From Lytechinus pictus (lineage: Eukaryota): 64,000 nt of DNA. The first letter of the stretch is position 1. Every line of letters begins with the position of its first letter. Below the pieces are notes generated by a model. The model searched no databases. It saw only the letters and a list, made by a program, of their open reading frames with translations, and had not been told where the DNA came from. The translations under genes and the position numbers were made by a program. Shown one piece after another: positions 26,400 through 36,819 of the stretch. The stretch lies in the NCBI RefSeq assembly GCF_037042905.1, contig NC_087246.1, forward strand, positions 47,616,001 to 47,680,000, written 5' to 3'.

Positions 26400-27030
26400 G
26401 TTGTACTCAAGGCCTCCGAGTTGACACGCAAGCAAGCTCTTCAGGAGAGAAATCGTCAAAACACTAATTGGGTACCACTCGTGATGACGCACCCCCCCCC
26501 CCCGGACGGCCAAACTCACCTCCAACGTCTTGAGCAATAGACCCGAAGAGAGTATTCAATGAAGAACCCAATTTGCCTACAAAAAGGACAAGAGTTTGAG
26601 GGACCAACTCGTTCATCCCAGAATGAAACCACTTACATGCAATCAACTTCAGTCAGGAACAACATCTTGCAGGAGACGGAGGTGCAACACCTGCGGCGAC
26701 CTGCCGTTATGTTTCTGATACCACTCTGTTACGAATGGTACTTGGCATATCAGGGATAAATTCACCTGTCCCTCTAGCAACATAATAATTGCCATTGTCT
26801 GCTGTCACTGCAACTTAATCTACATTGGGGAAACCAAAGAGCTACCGAGCATCTTAAGCTCAATTAGGCTCAACACACAATATCTTTCTGTGGCCCGCCA
26901 CTTTAATTTGCCAAGACGCAGCGTAGATGATTTTAAGATTTGCTGAATTCTATCTTGCAAAGGAGACGATGAGAGAAGCTCTTGGAAGAGAAGATTATCC
27001 ATCGCCTTGGATATCTCTATGCTCCACTCC
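26400..27030 (+). pseudogene. Penelope-like retroelement relic: Cys linker and GIY-YIG endonuclease
   Basis: Frameshifted translation WVPLVMTHP...AYKKDKSLRDQLVHPR...CRRRRCNTC...FTCPSSNIIIAIVCCHCNLIYIGETK...VARHFN...EKIIHRLG. Confidence 0.85.
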
Positions 27031-28243
27031 TTCCCTATGACGAAGATAATTCTTTTTTATTTGTCTCTCTTTTTCCCCTTATCCATCACTATCTTTCTCT
27101 TTCCTACCACTCTATTTGTCTGTCCTAACACTCTCTTTCTTTTTCTCCCTCTCCCCTTTCTCATTTTCTCTTTCTCTCTCTCTCTCCTAATGTCTTCTTC
27201 CCTTTCCCCTTTTATGGCGTATCCCCTTCGTCATCACCTTTTTTGCGCTTTTGCTCTCTACATGTATAGGGGTATTCACACCGGCAGTGAATCATTAGTC
27301 TGCTGGGCAAACCCTTCACTCGAGTAAAGGGTGTGAATTGCAGCCTACTCATGTCTCATGCCTTGTGTATACTGAAGGCCCTCTCGCTCAGGCAAGTTGT
27401 GTATGTGCTAGTCTTTGCGTGGAGGCACACTTGTTGATCAAAGTTCCAATGAGGGTCTGTGCCCTGCAGACTAGTGAATCATCGCGATTATTCATGCGGG
27501 TTTTCCTGAATGAGAACAGAAAAACCCGCACAAAACTCCGCAATAAACATGATGAAGACTGGACGAAACGTCTCGAGTCATCTTGCGGTTTTTCTATCAT
27601 CATGAGTAAATTACTCGCGTTGATACAAACGCATTGATCCGAAACTCCGCGATGATTTATTCAAATTTTGCGCGTTGCCAATAGGCGAAGCAAGCTGGGT
27701 GCGGGTAAATTAATCCATTGCACAAGCGGACTCGTGTCCAAAAGACCACGATTTTTTTTACGGGTCCAGAAAGAGAGAATGGCCCTTATTTTGGATACGC
27801 GCATCTTTATGATGCATTATTTTGACGCAGGCTGATAAATTTGTCATAACTTGACAAAGCCATAAGGGCGAAAATTCGTTTTAAAAAATAATTGTCCACG
27901 GAGTTTTAATACTTTTCTTTGTTTATTGAACCTATAAACATATATCGAGAAAAATAATTGGTAGAATTTGTGTCATTATATAATACACAATCGATGAATC
28001 GAAAATAAATTTTGTACAACCCTTTTGGCAAAAAGCCCTTTATTTCGGCACCAAAACGCGTCACATACATCAGTGAATAAGCGAGTACAATAAATCATTA
28101 TTCAGTTCAGCATATAAAACATGGACAAGATTATATTCTTTGCAAAAATCTTTATTATTCCTTTAAAGTCTATTTCTAAACTTTCATCTGACGTTACAAT
28201 TCACATGATTACAAATAAAACGAAATGAAATTCATAATATATA

Positions 28244-29059
28244 CAGTGCGTCCCACAAAAAACGAAACCGAGATTTATCGATGATTTATCACAACTTAAT
28301 CACAAATACAATAGACAAATGACCTACCATTGCAAAGCTTAGAATCTCCTCTTTCATCTGAAATTAGATTATTTTTCCTTCACGCATGAGTGAGCAAAAA
28401 TAATTTGAAGAGGGGATACCAAAAAGTCATTTGGCGGGCTGTATCAGGGTTTCAAAAAGAAAACCACATTTTAAAAAAGTTCAATATCTGCTCTTTAATT
28501 TGATACCTCAATTACAGAAAATAGTCGAGGAATAACAAAGTTCTGGTTATTTGAAATAAGGCTTGAATTTCAATAATTTCATAAAATTAAGAGGTTCTAC
28601 AGGCTAGCGTTCAAACTCACTTGACACTCCGTTTTCTTGACGATCAGCCATGCATTAAGTCTTATGTTAACCATGCGATAGCTTCTGTGGGAAACTGGTG
28701 AAAACACGTTTATTTAATGAAATTATGGAAATACAAGCATTGTTTCGAGGAAACATAACTTTTTTACTACTTGACCATTTTTTGTGATTAAGGTATCAAA
28801 CAAAAGAGCAGATATTGAACTTTTTAGGCATCTGATTTTCTTTTTTAAATTCAGATACCCCCCGCCAAATGAGTTTTTGGTATCCTTTCTTTAATTTGTT
28901 TGTGCTCATTCATGCGTGAATAAGGAATAATCTAAGTGATATCAGATGAAAGAGGAGATTCTAAGCTTTACATTGGTAGGTCATTTGTCTATTGTATTTG
29001 TGATTAAGTTATGATAAATCTTCGCTTAATCTCGGTTTCGTTTTTTATGGGACGCACTG
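28244..29059. mobile_element. Tc1/mariner-type MITE with very long TIRs, TA TSD
   Basis: ta-cagtgcgtccca.aaaaaacgaaaccgagatt ... aatctcggtttcgttttttatgggacgcactg-ta; arms over 300 bp. Confidence 0.9.
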
Positions 29060-29324
29060 TATACACTATGCCTAGGCTTACAGTCACTGCCACATAGTTC
29101 TTTATTCATTTACCAGACCTTGCAATGTCCATACCAAGACATAAAACAGATAAAAAGAGAACTAAATAGTAAACAATAAAAGGCCTATACAACTCTTTGC
29201 ATAATGATCGGTGGTATATAAACCAATATTTATGATGATGGTGAAACAAAAAAAAATTGTGTTTTTGTCAGGACTTCACAATATCCTTTTTGTTTTCACT
29301 CTCTTCTGCTTTAACATAAGTGTA

Positions 29325-29826
29325 TACAAATAGCGAATAGGCATGAGTGCGATATTTCGCATGAGGTGAAAGAAAGATGCTCTATTCAACGAGGCGTTAG
29401 CGAGGCGTTAGCCGAGTTGAATAGAGTGTTACTTTCTTCCACCGAATGCGAAATTTTGCACCATTGCACGAATAAGAATATTCGCTATTTGTGTTGTACA
29501 GCGCCTCGGAGTTTAGCGAAAATATGAAAGAAATCAAGAGTTTTTCACTGCACGGTAATCTATGAAAAGGGAGCAAATATATTGAAAGCGAAAAGAAAAA
29601 TCCCACAGTACAAGCGCACACTGGCTTCATGCGCAATACTGCCCGAGGTCATGTGCGCGTATTTTTACTGAGCGCAATGAATAGAATCGTGTTGTGACGT
29701 CACCTCCTAAAGCCGTGCAACGGTACATTTTGGATGGTACGTCGTGTGTGCAACGGTACGGTACAAATGTTTGACAATCTGTCTCCCATTTGCTCGCGTA
29801 CAACAAGCTACGTAGGCGTTGTACAA
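29325..29826. mobile_element. Hairpin-headed repeat (possibly Crypton-like non-autonomous)
   Basis: Hairpin 29325-29491, acaaatagcgaata...ctctattcaac-gaggcgttagccga-gttgaatagag...tattcgctatttgt. Similar design at 15470-15597. Confidence 0.5.
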
Positions 29827-30265
29827 TTGTCATTATTATTATTGATATTGCCATTTTTACTTTAAATGCGTATTCGATTGCACAACGCCTTCCTCAATTT
29901 ACGAAATGATATACTCAGGTGTGTCATCACACCACTGCTTGCGTCACTAGGCACAGCTGCAATCCTCCGATGTAATTATACTTTAAGCTAGGTGTTCTTT
30001 CTCTAAAACCCCATGTCATTCTGACAGCTCAACAAAGCTCCCCACGTTTACTACGCTAATCTGATTTTGAACTATTTCCCAGATTCAAACCAGTTGCTCG
30101 TTATTGTAAGTGAAAAGGTTTTTGTGTATTGTTTGAGATATGAATTACTTACAATATTATACTATTGGATTTTTTTACAGCTTCTTGCTAGGGGATGTAT
30201 ATCAGTGATGGAAGGGTTTAATATTCCATTCCCGGTCTGGTGCTTACAACTACTCCTACGATATC

Positions 30266-30700
30266 AGGACAAGTCCACCTCAACAAAAAAGTTGATTTGA
30301 ATAAAAAGATGGAAATCCAACAAGCATAACACTGAAAATTTCAAAATCGGATGTAAAATAAGAAAGTTATGACATTTTTAAGCTTCGCTTAATTTCACAA
30401 AACGGTTATATTCACACCCTGGTTGGTATGCAAATGAGGGGACTACACTCACTATTTATATTGCATTTTATTATATGAAATATGAAATATTCCCATTTTC
30501 CCCTTTTGTCCTGTGAAACAAAGTTGTATTCCTCCGTGAACATGTGGCATTTGAATTGTTTTAACATTTTCTGGTTCAGTCAAGTTGTTGTAACTCTTTC
30601 ATTTTACATCCGATTTTGATGAAATTTTCAGCGTTATGCTTGTTTGAGTTTTCTCTATTGATTAGCCTCAACATTTTTATGGGGTGGACTTGACCTTTAA
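30266..30700. mobile_element. TTAA-type element, same family as 218-731
   Basis: aggacaagtccacc...ggtggacttgacctttaa with shared subterminal blocks. Confidence 0.8.
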
Positions 30701-32378
30701 ACAACGAGGAAATAATAATTTATTAAAAGGACATATTTTGAGAAATATTGATTCAACATTCAACGAATACCAATGCATATATAAGCTTCTTGTATTATAG
30801 CTTAATTTACTACTGAATAATCTAAGTTGGCTAAATTACATTTTGATATTTCAAACCTTTTTCTCACTTTTTGATCAGATTTTAAAGATCCTTTCAGTAT
30901 TTGACGGTAATGCATTGATTAGACATTCCGTCTTGTTACTGCAGTATATCCATAAATTACTTATTACTACGAAATACATAATCATTCTAATTTCGTTGTT
31001 AGTTTCCAATACTAGTAGATATAAAATATAGTAAAGATAGAAATAGTTCCATTGATAGACATTCTAGTTGGATTTTCTCGAATGATTATTTTCCCGTCAA
31101 TCTGGAAATGGAAGGAAATAAACAGTTATCTCCACGTTCAATTTAAAATAGTCTTTATTGTCTCCTTTTACTGTTTTTTTTTCATAATGCAGATTTTTCC
31201 CGGACTCTATCGGCTCTGTCTGAAGCCATTAAATTTTTTTTCGAATAATACTCATTTGAATATGGGAATTTTATTTTGTCTATAATCTATTGTACTAAAA
31301 TACATGTACTTCTATTTTATCCCATATCCAATGTGGCAAGCAATCCTGTGAATATAAAAACATAATTCATTCTTGATTAATCTAATCTAACAATTCTAAA
31401 TAAAGAATATGATTCTTATGTCAAGTACAAGTAAATAAATAATAACTAATACGACAGGGGAAAAGATACCATTTCTATCTTTCAATTGGTCACAAGATGT
31501 TGGCCTAAATTGTAAGATCAAATCTAAACAGCGGAATTTCATCGAAAAGGGACGTTTCTGATATGAGGTCCAACTAAATAATCATAAAATAAATGTTGTT
31601 CAATAGCAGGCAAGTAGTTCGTAATAAATGTGTTTTAATCCGAAACCAAATCTGATACTGAATATGCCAGTTACAAAATAAGTTTAATGGTTAAAACACA
31701 TAAATCACCCTGAAAATCGTCAAGGGTCATTTGTGAGATAAGCCAAGACTACAAAAAGAGAACACAACCATAAATGGCAGATAATTGAATGCATAATGAA
31801 CTCGATATGTACATTACATAAAAATGCAGATGACGATATTCTGACATCAGTATTGTGATTCCCACGGGAGGAAGTGCAGTAAAAGAGTCTGGTAGAATAC
31901 AATTCATGTGTCAATGAGCATGGGATAAGAACTTGTATGTCGGATTATTTCGTCATTTTAATTGGTAAGATCACAATCATCATTTTCCATCTTGTCGATA
32001 GAAGCAATGCCTAACTTTCTTCCACGTGGAATCCTACATGATTAATTGTAAGTATTGAGTAGGTCGTGATTGCTTTGATATGAAGCGAGACTCTGTCAAA
32101 TCTTTAATGATGGACTTAATTTGTTCTTGATTACAATTCAATTGTGAACTCTTTGGACAATCACTAATATCAATGTTTATTCTCATTTGGCACTAGCGAA
32201 ATTTATGATATCCCTTTTTATTGTTTATGTGTTCGAAGCTTTTTGGAATAATCAGGTAATTATTTTATACAGAGAATCCAAAAATACCAACAAAACTGTT
32301 TAAAAAACCTTAGAGTAAAGAGATTACAAGGTTTTCACAAATTTATACAAGAGCGAGTGCCATTTCATTCCAGGTATA

Positions 32379-32575
32379 TCATACTGAATATGAATGACTT
32401 AATGAAGACGTTTTTTCTAGGATGCTCATTAATCTTGATTCCGAGCGCCCTATTTTACTGGCGCTGTGGAATCTGCTGCGTACATCGACTTCGTGTAGGA
32501 GAGGAATGCCGATATCACCTGGAACTCGTCGACCGAATCGTGGAGGATGGCCCAATGGTCGTGATGGCCTTCGAT
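32379..32575 (-). CDS. Putative neuropeptide precursor, last coding exon (RFamide: ...RRPSRPLGHPPRF-G-RR)
   Basis: Strong acceptor ttttcgtattctttatcatacAG (32576-32577), phase 1 compatible with exon 1. Encodes (N)RRPSRPLGHPPRFGRRVPGDIGIPLLHEV...SYSV*. AATAAA on the minus strand at about 32217-32222 and 32176-32181. Confidence 0.75.
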
Positions 32576-33602
32576 CTGTATGATAAAGAATACGAAAATG
32601 GAACACATTTGATAATTTGGTAAGTAAGACTTTCACACCCTAAACTAAAGACCGATTTACGGGATATGAGCGTATAGGCTTCGCTTAATGCATATAAATA
32701 CATAAATAAATATGTATCATGTTTATCATGTGTAAAAAAGAGGCTGGGCTATACAGGGGCATGGGCGACACCCCCTTCCTTCACTCTCCCTGGTGATTCA
32801 AGAGGAGACTAAGATGAATGCCACGGTTATTCAATTAAAAAATATAATGATGTTACTTTTTGGTCATCTTGCACCAAGATGTTTGATCATGTACGTCAAT
32901 TTCTTTTAGAAATAACCCCGGAGACATCTTAAAGGCCTAACGCTAAACGGGTATTTCTGTACAATAAGCCAGTTCGTAGTTCCTTTCTGCGCATGATCAA
33001 AAGATTCTACGCATGATCAGAGGAAGGTCATTTGTACTAAAGTGACATGGTGGTTTAAACTCTAATGAGATAAGCACCAACTTTGATGTCTTGATCATTC
33101 ATATATTATTTTGAATTGTGGTTTTCATTTACATCCACCGAAAAACAACAATGCGTCCACGAACGACTGGTATTTCACAGTTTGCTAAGTACATTGTGCA
33201 ACATGCTATGATATGCATTCAAAGTAGGAATGCAACAAATAGGCCTACTTTCATAAAGTGATCATTGGTGTGCTATTCTAATCACCCGGTCTATTCAATT
33301 TTTTCATCCTGCTATGTAAGGCAAGCTTACGTATATTTTGCTTTGAAATCTGCCTATCATAATGAAAGAAATGAAAGGTAATTTGACCAAAATTGTCCAT
33401 GAAGTAACTATGAACTGGTCTATGCCTTTAAGGTATAGTGACAGTGCATGAGGCACATTAAGAGAGGCGAAATGATGACTATATTTGTTTTGAATATCAG
33501 ATTGATGTGCAATTTTAATCTGAGATATGTCAACATTAACAAATCCACTCGAAGGCGACGCTCTGATCAGGGATAGGTTGGTCTTTTGGAATAAAGTCAC
33601 TC

Positions 33603-33900
33603 TTGACGAGGACCTTACGCTCCTCATCGTCCAATCTCTTACAAATTCCAGTTGCTAAGAAATCATGCGGGGAACGGGCCTTTGATCATGCAGGGCCTAA
33701 CCTGTGGAATTCTCTTCCACAGAGTTTGAAAACTCAGACTTCAGCGACCTCCTTCAAGGGCAACCTGAAAGCATACCTGTTTAAGAGTGCTTTTTGATAG
33801 ACATTGACTTATTGTTCAGACATTTATTATATGTTAATAGCTTTTGTTGTTGTTCTGCGCTGAATCGCCTCGAGCATCTAATCAAGATGGAAAGTGCGCT
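33603..33900 (+). mobile_element. L2 LINE 3' fragment (intronic)
   Basis: RTLRSSSSNLLQIP...GERAFDHAGPNLWNSLPQSLKTQTSATSFKGNLKAYLF*, a typical L2 ORF2 C-terminus, then a short UTR and a masked tail. Confidence 0.85.
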
Positions 33901-34986
33901 NNNNNNNNNNNNNNNNNNNNNNNNNNNNNNNNNNNNNNNNNNNNNNNNNNNNNNNNNNNNNNNNNNNNNNNNNNNNNNNNNNNNNNNNNNNNNNNNNNNN
34001 NNNNNNNNNNNNNNNNNNNNNNNNNNNNNNNNNNNNNNNNNNNNNNNNNNNNNNNNAGCTGACTGGTTGTTACAAATCCAGATGGTGCGAGGAAAGAAAA
34101 GGTAATTGTAATCAAAGCTGTTGATACTGCGTACTGGAGGTACAATTAAGAGATACAGTAGGTCTGAATACATCGGCAAGAGTCCCCGAGACTTATCTTG
34201 TCTTGGCCAGTGTACAATGAAGATGTCCTTAGTCATAGCGACCAATCAAAACTACGCGAATCAATTCTACGCCACCCTTTGCTGACGATAGAGTGAAAAG
34301 TGATTATCCAAAGACCCGGTTATACTGTGCTTGAAGCATTGTTTATGATTCAAAGTTTCAGATCGAAGATGTACATATTTATTATCCGAGAATGCATCGG
34401 AGTTCGCGTGCAGGGTCCCGTCAACTGTTGCAGACGTAATTTAAGGAAGCTCGTTCCAAGTTGTATGCATGTACTTCTTGCCCGATTAAATAAAGTAGCC
34501 CTCTTTTCCTGCACAGGTAAATGGCAGTCAATGGCAACCTACGTGGCATATGTCTTCTGGCTATCGACGACATGGATAGGATTGACTGATTGTTGAACTT
34601 GCCGATGAATGTGATGCATGTTAGATAATTTTCGCCGATCCACTTTAGCTCTAAAGATGGAGCAAAATCCAATTTAAAAAATTGCAGTTTATGAAAATCA
34701 AGCGGAATGCGGCAAGTTTAGGATTTCCCCCAGATTGAAAAAGCAATAGAGTTGTCAAACATTCCAGGAAAGATGCAGGCGTATGTGTAGCTCATTGTTT
34801 AATCTTAACCTTGTCAATGACTTTCCACGGCTAACTACATGGCACGTTAGAGATTTAGAATAAAAACATAGAATGGGTTTTGCTGGTATAAAAATGTTTA
34901 ATACTCACAATGACAGAGGTAAAAATGAAACATGTCGTTACGTGTAAACTATATTGTTTAGAGATGTAACATAACTGATTTCTTAC

Positions 34987-35170
34987 TTGTGGTAGTACTT
35001 GACTGACTCCTTTTCAGGCTACCAACTTTGCAAAGGTTATTGGTGTAAAAAGGTATGTAGTTTCGCCAACAGAGATGGTGGTTGCCTTGGCAACGCGTTG
35101 GAGGAAGTACACTAGCAACAACCATCACACACAGGCTCAATGTAAGGGCGGTGCGTTGTGAAAAATTCAT
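34987..35170 (-). CDS. Putative neuropeptide precursor, coding exon 1 (signal peptide + pGlu/2-Cys peptide + KR)
   Basis: Acceptor ttttttttgttcaatttccAG directly before ATG at 35170. Encodes MNFSQRTALTLSLCVMVVASVLPPTRC|QGNHHLCWRNYIPFYTNNLCKVGSL-KR-SQSSTTT. Ends in phase 1 at donor acaa|GTAAGA (34986). Confidence 0.75.
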
Positions 35171-35635
35171 CTGGAAATTGAACAAAAAAAAGGTATTATG
35201 GTTAGAACCTAATGAGAAAACACAACATGGTTTGTTTGCTGCTTTGGGGGTCGAAGGTAATAATACTAAAATCAACATTATGAATATGTACTATATAATC
35301 AAGGAGTGAATATCACAGTGATGGTCAAATTGTATGTGAATGTTAAAAATTAGATATAAAACCTGTTAATTATCTTATTATAAGTCGTGGCAAAGCGTAA
35401 AAGCATGCTGTATGAAATACTAATAACTTAAGTAAAACTTGGAGGAAAAATTTGGTACAATGCTAAAATGAAGGATGAAAATTAATTCGCAGTTGAAATT
35501 TAAGCTAGATTTAAGCTAAAGTAAAAATGAAGATTAAGGTGGTATTAGGTAATGAAAAATTAAGATGAGAAAAAGAACGTTGGAAGATAATCATTGATAA
35601 AGCAAGGCTTTAATCAATCGAAAGGGAAGATAAGT

Positions 35636-35797
35636 CCTGGGCTCCGTAACAAAGGTTCGCGATGAATTGCAAGTATGAAATACCCGCACTGATTGGTTCC
35701 CAGTCAGTATTTTAAACAGAGAGCGCGTGCAACGACGATCTGATTGGTCATTGGTATTTAGCGATTGATTGCAAACATTCGTGTTACGGAACCCAGG
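35636..35797. mobile_element. MITE (gggctccgtaac termini)
   Basis: cctgggctccgtaac / gttacggaacccagg. Inverted copy at 52095-52253. Confidence 0.8.
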
Positions 35798-36819
35798 TAA
35801 TATCCATCCAATGAAGTCATTATTAAGCGATTCTGACTAGTGATTCTAACTGTCTAAGAGAGAAATGTTCAAACTGTTCAAGTTCAAGCCTTTGGACGTA
35901 CTTTCCATTATCATTAAATCTTTCAAGTATAATGTAAATCTATCTTTTAAAATGCTTTAGGAAATCAATTGATTTGTTGTCGACAATTTATCCACCTTCT
36001 TAGTGTACAAGATTAAGGTGCACAGACAATACATGTAAGTACTTTACTTTGGTAATAACATAAGCGTGCATCGACAGCAAAGATTCCAAAATCCTTTCTT
36101 TATTTTGCGGCATTATTCGGGTCTGTTTGAAGTAAATTAATGCTTTTCTATTTAACATGTGTGACGTTCTTTTTCATTGCTTTACGTCGACACGAACCTT
36201 TAAAAACGAACGGTATAAACTTGAACACTTAATTATCTCCTTGACAGTGCTTCTTTGGAATAGGCTAAAAGTAGGTTAATATTCATCTAGCATGAGATTG
36301 ATATTCTCCACATCAAGTTGAAAGGTACATTCTTTTATTTATTAACAAATCTATTTCAATACTACACGCAACCCTCGAAGTTTGGGAATGTAGATCGGGT
36401 TACCCAGTAAATAAAAGATCAGTTGCTCCCATTTTATTTATTCTTAGATTCTGGTCTTAGGCCTATGGGATTCTTTCCAAAGAAGTGACTTAAAGTTGCT
36501 CACACGAGGAAATTATTATAAAACAGAAAATATCTTCAATTTCATTCCAATCATACGAGAGACTTCACATGCTTAATGGATATCTTAGTATTCAATAATA
36601 AATCAATAAAGAAGAAGAAGAAGAACTGTTGCTTTTAATAGATGTGTTATTTCAGCTTGCATAAATCCTCAAGTATTCAAATATTATAACCCAAATCCAT
36701 ATGAATATGTAATAGTATATTTGCACAGTCTACCTTTCACAGGTTTTAATAGGTATTAAGTACCATAATGATTATTGGTTTTGGATTTGTTTTTTTCTCC
36801 GTTCAATTCGAATGCGAAT

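Noticed and set aside
32357-32623. Plus-strand ORF with a hydrophobic N-terminus and a GTAAGT donor
   Set aside because: It is the antisense of the RFamide exon, which has a stronger acceptor, a compatible partner exon and a meaningful motif. An antisense transcript is not excluded.
34987-35170. Definite insulin/relaxin-family gene
   Set aside because: Cys spacing is x12 rather than x11, and no intact A-chain exon was found downstream in the window.
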